Below, in pieces: positions 11,715-25,335 of a DNA stretch of 64,000 nucleotides. A program made the translations under genes and the position numbers. Numbering within the stretch: position 1 is the stretch's first letter; each line of letters opens with the position of its first letter. This stretch comes from Octopus bimaculoides. Lineage: Eukaryota. The stretch spans positions 80,848,630 to 80,912,629 of the forward strand of contig NC_068989.1 of NCBI RefSeq assembly GCF_001194135.2, read 5' to 3'. Below the pieces are notes generated by a model. It was not told the DNA's origin and made no database searches. It was given only the letters and a program-made list of their open reading frames with translations.

Positions 11715-12575
11715 TTATTATTATTTTTTTTTTAATCACAGCAACTGGTCGCATACCACAAGGTTTAACGGAACCCACTGAAGCAAGCCAGCTCACTCGC
11801 AGTATTACCACGGGCAATGGCGTGGCTAAGGCGTTGAGAAAGCAAAGCGCATCACCTGACACCTCGGTGATTCGAGATGCCAACGTTGACAAGAACTTCG
11901 CGGTTAGTGGCCCAGTCCCTCCGAAGTTCTCAAACACCACGCGTTGGAAGAGATAGTTCACTGTCAGGTCCCGATATTTCAAGGTTTTCTTCCATTTGGC
12001 TACAGAAGCAGTGACCCTCCCATTAACTGCAGCATCCAGGATGTGGGAGGGAGGAAAGGAGTCGCAGACTGTGGCGTCTCAAATGAGGAGCTACCTCTAA
12101 GCTAAGGACAGAGGGTAAGACCATCTGGTCTCTTTCCATCACTTCTGGATAAATCCGACGGTTCCAGAACTGAGGGGATATTAATCCGAGCCAGGATCCG
12201 CTTAATGATTAAGTTTAGCTCGGTGTGACGAGCGAAGCGACCAGTATTTAGACAAGACAGATCGCGAAGACTTGTGGGGTCGAGGGGGCCTACTACATTG
12301 GAGTCTCAGTTCCCTATAAACATCAGCTCCTACTCTGAGTGCGATAGGGATGCGGAGTTCATCTAGTTTGAGTGGACCTCCAATGTTGGCCACAGGCAGG
12401 GCATCAATCCAGTCCCCTGAGAATTTTGCACGAGCTGAATGGAAGAAGTAGGTGACACCTTGAAAATTGATCAGATTGATCAAGGAGAGAGTTGTAAGTG
12501 GCACCTGAAGGCAGATTGTCCCATACTCTCTGTTTCCGTCTATCCTCCACTGTAACCGGAACTAACAATTCTGTA
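11715..12575 (-). mobile_element. 5'-truncated, decayed CRE-like non-LTR retrotransposon (C-terminal knuckle plus restriction-like endonuclease region)
   Basis: Stitched translation with stops and frameshifts: RKQRVWD..SGDWIDALPVANIG..LRIPIALRVGADV..LSCLNTGRFARHTELNLIIKRILARINIPSVLEPSDLSRSDGKRPDGLTLCP*..LI*DATVCDSF..KYRDLTVNYLFQRVVFENFGGTG..LSQRLSHAIARGNTAS. Motifs match the CRE-clade RLE pattern (RH..LN, LEP..L.R.DGKRPDG, WDAT, QRLS.AI.RGN). An A/(TAA)n tail follows at about 11715-11735. Confidence 0.85.
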
Positions 12576-14730
12576 CATACACACACACGAATATATACAT
12601 ATCTATCAGATACTCATGTAAAATGCGCTCACACAATTATAAATATACCAAAATAGTTTTTTTCCTTATTCAGTTCTGGATATTAATGAAAACCATAAAA
12701 TATAAACATATATGTCGTCACTCAGCTATTCCTGCCCCGATTACCAGTCCTCTTTTTATCACTATTGTTGTAACTGACCATTTCTCGATGCCACACTAAT
12801 ATGTCCGTGTGTGTGTGTCTTTGTGTTTGTTCTCCACCGTTTGACAATCGGCTTTGGCTTGTTTACGTCCCTGTAACTTAGCGGTTTGACAAAACTAAGC
12901 AATAGATTAAGTACCAGACTTTAAAAAGCATAAGGACTGGGTTCAATAAAACCTTCAAGGCCGTGCCCCAACATAGACGCAGTCCAATAACTGAAACGAA
13001 ACAAGTGCAAGATAAAAGATTAAATCAGGAAGGAGAGCAGCGCTCAAGACCCTCCCCAGTGACTCGAAGACTGGCGAAAGGGAAAGATGAGGGCGTATCC
13101 TCGAACCAAGAACTTTCTCCAAATGCTTAGACTAAAGTGGGGCAAAGGTAAATACGCACACCCGGTGTTCAGGGTTAGGGTTACGCGGAAAATGAGTGGT
13201 GTGCGTATTCTTTACCTCCACCCAAAGTGGATTCTTCTATTGAAGGTACTCTCGGTGCCAGGTAGTGGTGTTAAATTAGGCAAGTGTTGAAATCTACCAT
13301 CCATGTAGGATGTGGAAGGATTTAAATGCAGAAGAACAGGAATAAACACTGCAAGGCATCTTGATCGACACTTTCACGATTCTGCCATTCCACTCACTGT
13401 CCAAGACTGATATTTTTATTTCATGAACCTCAGAAGATTGACCTCGGCGTGATTCGAAATCAAAATGCAGTCAGAGCTAAAATAAATACCACAAAGTATT
13501 TTGTCCAACGTGCTTACGACTCTGCTAATTCACTATTGTAATGGGTGGGGTGGGGGAGAATTTACAAACTGACTCAACTGTTTTACCAAGACCACCATAT
13601 TGGGGTAGATGTAATCGACTTAATCTCTTTGTCTGTCCTTGTTTGTCCTCTCTAGGTTTAGCCCTCGGTGGGCAATAAAGAAATAAAATAGCCAAACTAT
13701 TAATGATAGTTATCTCCCTTGAGTCTCTCATTAACATTTTGTCAATTTCACATTGTCCTCATCACAGTGTTTTGCTAAAGAGGATGAGGAGCAGTGCCCT
13801 CTATAAGCTGTGCGTTTGTACACAAACACATTAGTTTTATGATTAGGAAACAAGTACAATATGCTTACTCTAAGATTTTAAGATGAAACTGTATTCTTTT
13901 TTTAAGTGAAGAAATTTGAGCGATGGTCACTCGTTGGTTAAACACTGCAAAAATTTCACACACCCACGCCAAAAAGTTTGAGGGAACGCTCGGAAAAGAG
14001 GATGGATAAATCGCTGTGTTAAATAAAATGATTAAGGGATTAATCTTTTTAAACTTGTCCAACATCATGGGCATAGAAAGAACTATCGTTTTAACGTCTA
14101 CTATTCCAAGCATGCATGGGTAGATTTTCTACGGCCGGATACACTTGCCGTCGCCAACTCTCACATGTTTTTAAGCAAGGTGACACTTCTTCATAGCTAG
14201 ACAGATTTTCGCAGAATATTGGAAATGAATGACACTGCTTGTATGACAGCAACACTTATTTACAACTATCATGCGATGTCAAGACAAGGAGACACAAACA
14301 TACATACACGACGGACTTTTTTTAGTTTCAATCAACCAAATTCATTCACAAGGCTCTATTTAGTGTGAGGATATTATAGTAGAAGACACTTGCCCAGGAT
14401 GCCATGCAGTGGGATGGAATCTGAAACCATGTGGATGAGAAACAAACTTCTCAATCAGTCAGCCACATCTGTGCCTTAGTACTATTGTATGGATGTGAGT
14501 GGACAGAACTATTAGCACGCCAGACAAAATACTTCGTCCGTTTTTTCTAAGTTCAAATTCCACTAGGTCAACTTTGCCTTTCGTCCTTTCAGGGTCAATG
14601 AAATCAACTAGGCCCCTTCTCAAAAGTTTCAGGTTTTGTGCCTATAGCAGAAGGGATTATTATTACATGGACTGGACGTGTACTCTATTTTGCTGTCAGG
14701 GAGCAAAAAATCTCACTAACATTTTTGTAG

Positions 14731-14868
14731 NNNNNNNNNNNNNNNNNNNNNNNNNNNNNNNNNNNNNNNNNNNNNNNNNNNNNNNNNNNNNNNNNNNNNN
14801 NNNNNNNNNNNNNNNNNNNNNNNNNNNNNNNNNNNNNNNNNNNNNNNNNNNNNNNNNNNNNNNNNNNN
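14731..14868. other. Assembly gap
   Basis: N run. Confidence 1.
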
Positions 14869-14997
14869 AATTTTTTTCCCCTGTCACAGCAAATTTCCAA
14901 TGTCATCACAAAACATCATCATCATCTATCACTCATTGTCCAATTACATCACATATTAATACCAGCTTAATCCATTCTCTCTTGAGAATATATATTC

Positions 14998-15485
14998 TTT
15001 TCTACTGTAGGCACAAGGCCCGAAATTTTGGGGGAGGAGACCAGTCGATTAGATCGACCCAGTACGCAACTGGTACTTAATTTATCGACCCCGAAAGGAT
15101 GAAAGGCAAAGTCGAACTTGGCGGAATTTGAACTCAGAACGTAGCGACAGACGAAATACCACTAAGCATTTCGCCTGGCGTGCTAACGTTTCTGCCAGCT
15201 CACTGCCTTTAATAAACATAATATTCTTTTCTACTCTAGGCACAAGGCCCAAAATTTTTGGGGAAGGGGTCAGTCGATTAGATCGACCCCAGTACGCAAC
15301 TGGTACCCTGAAAGGATGAAAGGCAAAGTCGACCTCGGAGGAATTTGAACTCAGAACGTAAAGACAGACAAAATACCACTAAGCATTTCACCCAGCATGT
15401 TACCATTTCTTATTTCTTTATTGCTCATCAGGGGCTAAACATAGAGGAGACAAACAAGGACAGACAAAGGGATTAAGTCGATTAC
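14998..15485 (-). mobile_element. Tandem family-A SINEs (monomer plus truncated dimeric variant)
   Basis: Two consecutive bodies at about 14998-15209 and 15225-15485. The second carries the inter-monomer linker. Confidence 0.8.
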
Positions 15486-16214
15486 AGAGCCCCACTACTG
15501 GGTGGTTTGTTAAATCAGGCAAAAAAAAAAAAAAAATGCAGCATTGGAAATGGGTTTGAAAAAATATAAAAAAGAAAGAAAAAAGTATGATCGCTTTTGT
15601 GATATATTTGATTGACTGTCAATAAATGGGATTTTTAATTCAGGTACTATTCATTTTTGCCAGCTGAGTGGACTGGAGCAATGTGAAATAAAGTGTCTTG
15701 CTCAAGGACACAATGTGCTGCCAGGAATTGAACTCACGACCATATGACCATGAGCTGAATACGTTAACCACTAAGCTAGGTATGTGCAAATTAGTGACCT
15801 AGGCTGAAAGCTTATTACTGAGTGGACCCCACTGAAGACGCCCAGTGACTGGGTGGTTTGTTAGATCAGGTAAAAAAAATATGCAGTATGACCATTTTTG
15901 TAATAATATTTGATCAGAGATCTGCTGTAAATGGGATTCTTAAGTCAGAACATGACAGAAATAACAATCACTAACTTAATGGATGACCAAACGAGGAAGC
16001 CAATCTGTGCAGTTGCTCCAACCTGTTATAAATAATCCCTAAATTAGCAGTTGAATAGCCCCTTAATTTAACAGCTGAACAACCCTCTAATTAACAACCT
16101 AAAAACACTCAAATTATATACTACTGCCTCAGGATAGGAAGAGACATCACATAATAGTCACACACACACACATATATAGTTATGTGTGTATGTGTATATG
16201 TATTTATACTATTT

Positions 16215-16570
16215 TTTTTAGTCTCTTTTACTTGTTTCAGTCATTTGACTGCGGCCATGCTGGAGCACCACCTTTATTCGAGTAAATCAACCCCAGGACT
16301 TATTCTTTGTAAGCCTAGTACTTATTCTATCGGTCTTTTTTGCTGAACCTCTAAGTTATGGAGACATAAACACACCAGCATCGGTTGTCAAGCGAAGTTG
16401 GGGAACAAACACAGACACACAAACATATATATCACAGGCTTCTTTCAGTTTCCGTCCACCAAGGCTTTGGTCGGCCCGAGGCTATAGTAGAAGACACTTG
16501 CCCAAGGTGTCACTCAGTGGGACTGAACCCAGAACCATGTGGTTTGTAAGCAAGTTACTTACCACAAGTA
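16215..16570 (-). mobile_element. SINE family B
   Basis: Head and tail modules match the 47330 copy. Confidence 0.8.
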
Positions 16571-19500
16571 AGCAACTTCCTTCTTCTTTGTGTGTTATCC
16601 ATGTTGTCTTATGCCTTGGGCAATATCACATACAAGCTACACAGCACATGAGCCAGCCATGAACTCAACCAGGTTGTTAATAAGTTTAACCCCTTTAGAG
16701 GTACAACAGTTGCAGAGGTGAGCAGTTACATTTCAGTCCCTCAAACCGCTGCTGTGTGTGTGTGTGCCAGCTTTTCCTTCTTTGGAAAATTTGAAAACAG
16801 AAAAAAAAATGTTTTGTGATTTGCAGTTTTGGTGGGTATGGTCACTTTGCCCTAAGACCAGCAAAAAAGAAAAAAGATATAAGACTTAGGGCTCGTGGAC
16901 TCATAAACTGCAAGGCAGTCTCAGTGCTGGTGGCAAAAAAAAAAAAAAAAAAAAAAAAGCACCCAGTTTATGTTGTAAAATGGTTGGTGTTTAAGATGGT
17001 GGGTAACCAACCATTGGAACCATGCCAAAGTAAACACTGGAGCCTGATGCAATCCTTGGGCACATCAGATCCTGTCAAACTGCCCAATCCATGCCAGCAG
17101 AGCACAGGGAAGTTAAAAGATGGTGATGATCATGATGAAATAAACTCAACTAAATGAACTGAGTCTCTGTGCTGCAATTTGAAAAACCCAGTCAGTCAGA
17201 TGGTGTTAGTTGAGTGCGCTTTATGTAGGGACATGCATAAATGGGGAAATGAAGACAGCAATTTTAGTCTGCCTGAATTTCAATGGAAAGTAAGAAATAT
17301 TTGCTTTGTAACACAGGTGAACGCAATGAACTCACAGCTGTTAAATTTTTAAACATAAATTGGTAGGCAAGGATAGGTAAGGAGGTAAACTATGATTAAT
17401 GAAGTATAGTGTTGTTACCTAGCATAACATAATACACAACACATTTTCCTTTCGTTTTTCTTTTTTTGTTATATATATATATATTATTACAGAAAAGTGC
17501 ATTTAATAACATCAATATGACACATAACACAGCTGGTGTGGTATTTTTGTTTATTTGAATTTAAAATAGAAAAATAAAAAGGAAAACCATGTTTTATATA
17601 TTTTTATTTGCCAATTGTGGTCATTGAATTAGTTGGACGTTAGGAGGCTGGAAGACTTGGTCAAGGCTTCGAAAAATTTTGAAGAGTGGTTAATTAAGAG
17701 AAGAAGAAAAGAAAAAAAAAAGGTTTAATGGTATTTTGAATAAATTTGTGCAGATGGGTTATCAAGATGGGAAAGAAGTAAGAAAAGTATGCAGGTGTCA
17801 ATGTGTGTGTGTGTTTATTCTTGAAGAAGAATATTGTTAACAGTGACTTCCAAGTTTCAGCCAGTTAAGCCATCATCAGCAGTCCAATGATAGCTTAACT
17901 GACCAAAACTTCGAAGTCACTGTCGACAATATCATTATTTAAGAATGAACTTGTACTCTACAAAAAAGCATAGAGTAACTCCTCAGATTAATGTAAAATC
18001 GTTTTTATTATAACTAAGCGTAAAAACATACATACAAATACATATCTATATATATATTTGTCAGTGAACAGGTCGCGGTCTCAAAGCGACGAAAATATTT
18101 TGACAAATTAAATTTAAATGTTGAAGTGAATCTAACAGCTTTTGTGTGTTATTTTAAATGGCTGCAATTGTTTTTGTTCCAGCACCCGACCTCAGATCAG
18201 GTCACTTGCTATGCAAGTACATCTCTCTACACATACTACACAAGTAGGAAAGGCTTATTTTACAATGTTATAAGTGTCCCATATAACTTGATATGCAAAA
18301 GAACAAGAAAATTATTCGAGGGTCTGTTGGTATAAAGAAAAAACATCAACTGAAAAGTAAAAAATTTCTACTGATGTTCCCATCACCAAATAGTGTATTG
18401 GACAACAACAAAATACAGATGAACCCATACTGTCACCACCAACAACAACCATGATTATTATTATTATTATGATAATGATGGCATAGTGTATTGTACTAGT
18501 TTGACCTCTAATCACGTGATATCTAACAATAAGTATAATAAATCAATCCCCACCTCCATTTCAAATTTAAACATTTTTTTTAAAAATAAATTCTTTCATG
18601 TTCACAACCATGTCTTTTGCTCTCAAGAATGAAACTTTTACCTGATATAAAAGACCAAAAGGTAACAAATGCTAAAAAGTGGAAATCACCATATAAACAA
18701 ACAAACAAAATTATATATATTTATACATACAAAATGTCCCAGTAAGTCTGTTAGGTTTTCAATTACAGTTTGCTGTTAAATGCTGCCTTACTTATGGAAC
18801 ACTACACACACATGGTAACACATGTACACACAGATGACAGTAGATGTGAGATAAAGAAAAAAATATGATACACATTGATATTCATTCTGCTAACCTTCAA
18901 ATAAAAACCATAATGATACAATTATCATAAGTAAGAAATTAATAGTCCATTTTAAGATCATAAGCTTACTAAAAATCCCATAAAAAAATAATTTAAAATA
19001 TCGCCCACCTGTAAAAAAATAAATTCAAAATATCACACCACCTCAACACAGCATATATATATTTGATAGTACAAATAGGATAAACAGAACTCAAAACTTA
19101 AGTATATTTTTTTTATTTTTAATCAGTGGAAGTTACAAAGTGATTCAAGGGCTAAGAGCTTTGTGCTTGGCACTTATTTACACACACACCACACATACAC
19201 ATGTAAACACACACACACAGAGAATCTTGGGAAATATCAAAAATGAGAAACAGCATGAAGAGAGCAATGGTATACAGGTAAGGGTGATTTCAAGATTGGA
19301 ATCTAGAGAGACTCCAGTTATCCAATTATTATTACCATTATAGATTCTATATTCTTAAAAAAGGCCAAGCAACAATACAGAACAACACTACACGTCATTA
19401 GAGTAGAATAAAAACTGTTATTTCATAAAATGTTTTTTATAAAAAGGGCTTGACATATCAGGAAAAAAAGCTTATTCTTGAACGAAATTTAATGATGGCA

Positions 19501-22500
19501 ACTTGTCAGACAAATTAAGACCCTTCATCCAGTCATCTCCAAATATATAAGAGGGAAGGAGAAGATAAAATTCACTATAAATTTACTCTTCCAGCATGGT
19601 ATCCTATAGTTATGTTCATCATCACTTCTTCATCTAGTATCTAGATCGATGACCGAAATGGTCTTTTCTGTACTACAGGTGCCAACCATGTAGAATTATT
19701 CAGTAAAGCAGCTTAAGAAACTTTAGTTTAGCATCAAATCTTGAATACTAACCCTTAACCTATTGTTTTCTTCAAAAAAAGTTTTTAAAAAAAGTGATAT
19801 AGAGAAACAGTATAAAAGACTGGAAATGATATTGGCTTCAAATTTTGGCACAAGGCCAGCAATTTCGGGGGAGGGAGAAGTTAAATATAACAGCCCCCAG
19901 GCTAAGTTGACCTTGGCAGAATGTAAAGACAGGTAGCATTTTGAATAGCATGCTAACCATTCTGTCAACTCACCACTGTGCAAACCGGAAATAATATTGA
20001 AAATCTTATAAGATACGAACGTAATATCTAAGTGACTTATTTCTTAATTTAAAATATATACTCTTTTACTTGTTTCAGTCACCTGACTGTGGCCATGCTG
20101 GAGCACCGCCTTTATGCTGTGTGTGTATATATATATATATATATATAAATAATACTCCTAGTTAATGGAATCTAATGACATGTATAAGAAGGTGTAGATG
20201 TAAATGAAATAACACAAAATATATATGTATAAAAAATATTCTAGTACTTATAATTATACATCTATAAATGGACATTTCAAGAGTCAAAAATATACATATA
20301 TAAGTTTAAAGTGAAGTTAATATATATATATGTAAATAGACAAACATATCCTCACACTAAACAGAAGGGTGGTTGGTGAATGAAAAAAAAAAAAAAAAAA
20401 TAACCATCTTGCTAGCTTTGATTCTCAATGCAATTATAAAAACATGAACCTTTTATATAAAGAATTTATTTTTGGAGAACAGCCTTCAGTTTCTCTTTGA
20501 GGGTTTCTTTGTTTTTTGAGTCTTTTTTTTTTGTGAGATTTTTAAAAAATGTAATCAAGAGAAAAAGAAGTTTATTTTTCACTCGACATTCCAATATAAA
20601 CAAACATGAACTTTTCTTACTTTTTCACCACAATTTTAATCATACACAACACACACACACAGGTTAAACATAATTCTTTCTAATTTTGGTACAAGGCCAG
20701 TAATTTTTATAGGAAGTGGGATAGCCAATTACATCAACCCCAGTGCTCATCTAGTACTTATTTAATTGACCCTGAAATGACGAAAGGCAAAGTTGACCTC
20801 AGCTGAATTTGAATTCAGAATGTTAGGCCCACTGTGCTAACAATTTGGCCATCTCACCACCTTACAGAGATTAAGCAATGATTGTAATTCTGATCTAACT
20901 TATTCTATTGTGAATTAATACTTATTTATTTTTTAGAATCAACAATATGAATTAATATAAATGTTATTCTTGTATTTAAAAAATAAATATTCTTCTAAAA
21001 CCAAGCCTAGGGTTAGAATATATTTACAGGCACCAATCTTGAGACAGGAAAATGGATAACCAGACATCTACCACTTTGCAAAGTAACTATATTACCATTT
21101 CTCCTACAGAGCATTTGTATTTATAAGGTTGTCTATCATTGTAAACATTGAATCAAAGCCAGTCTCTTTGCTATTTGAGGCATATAGAAGAATAGCTTCT
21201 ACTGCTAGTGCTAAATAAGGAACTATAATATTGTGGAAACAAAAATGATAGAGTTAAAATAGCAGAAACAAGTGATAGTATCTAGTTAGAAGAATACTAG
21301 CACTGTATGATGCAATCAGTAATATAGTTGCCTGACAAGCAAGTGAATGATACCTGGATTGAGCCCTGTTGAGGAGGGCTTAGTTTCCCTTTCTTGTTCC
21401 AATCTGGTAGGTTGATACAATTCTAAAATCATTTACGTTAATATAACATAATTAGTATATAAGTCTATATTTTAATGTGAAGCCATATGATGCAAATATT
21501 TAATCATAAAACCCTCATCCACAACATTGTATCGAACATGAAGGAGTTCAGTTTGACCATCAAGAATACTTGTTGATTTAACAAAAAAAATTTTAAATAA
21601 AAACGTGCCCCTATGTACACATACTGAAGCCCTTTTGCAACTTGGCCATCATTTAAATCTTCAGTGATGAAGGGGTTTTCTTGAAGGAAAACTGGTTAAC
21701 AGTTCCCCCCATCTGCAACAATGAATAATAGCTGTGTTCAGTGTGAACAAGAGAACTTCTCAATTTATCAAAAAACTTTTTAAGACAGCAAAGATCTCAA
21801 CCATACTTGTCTATAAACAGGCTGTCACTTGTCTAAATCTTTGTGGTGATGAAGGTTTTGTATCAGAGAAAAATTAATTAATCATTGGAACTCACTTCTG
21901 AGTTTTATTTTACTAAAAACATGTAATTTTGTTATGTTATTCTTTTTGTTTACTTCATCACTTAAACTATTTTTTGTGTGCAATTTTTTTATGTATACAT
22001 TGTGGAATTTGTTATGAGTATGTAAGTATATGCAACATTGTTTGTTTTACTGTACAAATGTACTTAAAGCTTTTTTTCTTTTACAAGAATTAAAGCAAAC
22101 CTTGAACAAATACATACACAGTACACTGGCATACTATACACACACACTGATGCATATATATGCACATACATCCAAAAACACATATCTATGCATATACACA
22201 CATGCAGATATACATATACACATAACTACACGTATAACATACATATATAAAAACATATCTATGCATATATACACATTCATACATATCTAGGCAAAAACAT
22301 ACAGGCATACATACATCTCTATGCATATACATACAGAAATACATACAAATTTATGCATGTATACACATGCATATACACATAGATCTATATACACACCCCT
22401 AAACCTTCCAACCTTTACTTGGTGTTATACACCTAAAATGTCCCCATTAATAAAAATGAAAAAAATGTTTCGCGAAATAGTCAAATTTCACAAGCCAATC

Positions 22501-22542
22501 TCCTTGATGATTTCACAATTAAAAATGCTGGCAGAAAAGGTA

Positions 22543-22717
22543 TCACCACTCTTCAGAGCGAACCAGATTTCTGTTCGTAATTTTCCTGCCACTGGGTGTG
22601 GCAGGCAAAGGCTCTCCTCTGATGATAGCGCCAACTTCAGAATGCTTGTTTTTGTTGTGGTATTCTATTGCTTCAGGTTTGGTGCGAGTTGGAGACACAT
22701 GCCCACGGGTATGGCCA
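22543..22717 (-). CDS. Terminal coding exon of the same gene: (S)GHTRGHVSPTRTKPEAIEYHNKNKHSEVGAIIRGEPLPATPSGRKITNRNLVRSEEW*
   Basis: Strong acceptor ttcctaattcttttctttcAG|T. Phase 2 matches the 50238 donor (626+175=801 nt, 266 aa plus stop). The peptide contains another copy of the repeat motif seen in exon 1. Not present in the ORF track because it lacks its own ATG. Confidence 0.85.
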
Positions 22718-23213
22718 CTGAAAGAAAAGAATTAGGAATTTGTTATATGATCATATCTAATAATAACAAGAAATTAAAAAGAAAAGCAAAAATTTAATTA
22801 TACCATCCAAATACTTCGTAATATATACAATTAATAAATTAAAGGTTATGTCAGGCTGAAGATTTCTAATGAGAATGAAATAGTACTTCACATGATTACC
22901 TCCAATTAGAAGTTGTAAGAACTTCATAATAGACAAAAAAAAATTAAAGATGAGGAATCTACACATCTTCTTCCTCATATTTTACAATTTCAAATTCAAA
23001 TTTTTGAATTCTATGTTGTGTTGTGAGAGAATAATTACCATCTTTGTATTGATGACCATTGCCAGAGGAAATCACACGTATCCATGTTTCTAATATAAGA
23101 TACAAGAAAAAGGAGGGGGGGGACTTTGTTGGTTAATGATTATCATGCAACTGCACATATAAGTACAAGCTCATCTTTAACATGAAAGGTAAGACAAAGA
23201 GATGTCATTAAAG

Positions 23214-23714
23214 CAGGGATCGCCAAAGGGGGTCTGACAGACCTCCTAGGAGTCGGTGAGGAATTACAGGGGGTCGATGATAGTCAAGGGGTTGAATGGG
23301 GATCAGCATGTGAAAGACCAGCTCACCCAGATGAACTGCTTGAAATATTTAGTCAGCGCCATGCTCATCCCTCACATTGATGTTGTCAATTTTAATAAAA
23401 GATATTCCAGCAATATGATGCATTTTTCATATTTTTTAATCATGAGAGCAGTTTCATAAAAACTGAAAGTTTAACACTGTATACTCATATATGTAGTTTT
23501 AAATGTAAAAAGTGTGTCATCTTCAATGGAATTTCTTAATCTGTCGTATATATTTTAGCCAACGTTTTAATTGCCAGCATCAGCACCCAGTACACATTTA
23601 AAGTATGGAACAGTAGGGTAGGGTATTAAGATATTTCAAAATGAGGAGGGTGGTCGAAGCGGAAGGTGAAGTGGCTAAAGGGGGTCGATGGTCGAAAAAG
23701 TTTGGTGACCTCTG
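23214..23714. mobile_element. hAT-type MITE, 501 bp
   Basis: Imperfect TIRs CAGGGATCGCCAAA / TTTGGTGACCTCTG (11/14). Perfect 8-bp TSD CATTAAAG at 23206-23213 and 23715-23722. Confidence 0.85.
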
Positions 23715-24313
23715 CATTAAAGACTTCTTAAAACTAGGAAGAGACATTTAGCTGTTTTGTGAAGAATCTTCAGTTGATGGTTAGTTACACAGATTTTTTT
23801 ATTGACTTCCTCTGGCAAAAATATGTAAATGTCCAAACATGTAAATGGTTCTCCACCCATAGAGAATGGATTCTACAGAGTATATTTTGGTTTGTTTAAC
23901 AATGTCCCAGTTATTGCTTGCCTGACAGGCTGACATTAGAGCAACTAATGGTAGTAAAACGAATGTAGTAAATACAGCTGTTACATTTTATAAGTGATTC
24001 GTTCAACATTTCAGCTGTTGATGTCACTGACAACAATAGCAGTAGCAAAGGAGCCACTATATGGTCATTTGACATGCTAGAAGTAGCAACCAAATCTCCT
24101 GCAAACCACACCCAAAAGAGACATTAGATAATGTACCCGGAGATACACTATTGCTGGAAGAAAAAAAGAAGTCACAGTTCACATGCCTTCGATCATAGAT
24201 TTGTTTGGTTAGAATAGAATTTTGTTTACACAACAGATACAGACAGCAACAAATTTAATGATGAAAATAAAAAAAATCATTTTATAAGTAAATACTAACA
24301 GATATTTAATAGA

Positions 24314-24699
24314 TTGTTGTTGTTGTTGGCACTCCGTCGCTTACGACGTCAAGGGTTCCTGTTGATCCGATCAACGGAACAGCCTGCTCGTGAAATTAAC
24401 GTGGCTGAGCATTCCACAGACACGTGTACCCTTAACGTAATTCTCGGGGATATTCAGCGTGACACAGTGTGACAAGGCTGACCCTTTGAATTACAGGCAC
24501 AACAGAAACAGGAAGTAAGAGTGAGACAAAGTTGTGGTGAAAGAGTACAGCAGGGTTCACCACCATCCCCTGCCGGAGCCTCGTGGAGCTTTTAGGTGTT
24601 TTCGCTCAATAAACACTCACAACGCCCGGTCTGGGAATCGAAACCGCGATCTTATAACCGCGAGTCGCTGCCCTAACCACTGGGCCATTGCGGCTCCAC
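24314..24699 (-). mobile_element. tRNA-headed SINE family C, full length
   Basis: Head GTGGAG.CGCAATGGCCCAGTGGTTAGGGCAGCG..TTCGATTCCC with A/B-box-like motifs and a (CAA)n tail. Closely similar to five other copies in the window. Confidence 0.9.
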
Positions 24700-25222
24700 A
24701 TTTAATAGATAGTCCTTGTGATTTTAATTTAGATCACTTTAAAACAGGAAGTTTGTATCACAGAACCTGGAGCAGTCTTGGAGAAATAGGTTGATACCAA
24801 AAGGGTTGTATCAATAAACTGTTAAATACAGTGGATACTTGCACATAGGAAGTCTTGGGTTTACGTTTGTGTTTCTTTTATAGAAGTAAAAGTGGTTGGG
24901 TGAGCATGGAGTCTACTTTGTAACCATGTGGTTTTAGGTTCTATTCCACTGCATGTCACTTTGGACAAGTGTCTGCAACTATTGTAGCCTCAGACCAACC
25001 AATGCCTTGTGACTAGAACTGGTAGATGAAAACTGTATGGAAGCTCGTGTGTGTGTGTATCTGTGTGCACGCGCGCGCGCATGTGTAAAACCCAATTCAT
25101 ATAGACAGTGTGTTACTGGCAGCTATCTCAAATAATCATTGATTTGGTAAGCATTAGGTTTGGTGGGGGTGGAGAGGGAAGGTTGAGAATGTAATTGTAT
25201 AATACAGTAAATCTGTTATGTG

Positions 25223-25335
<113 letters not shown>

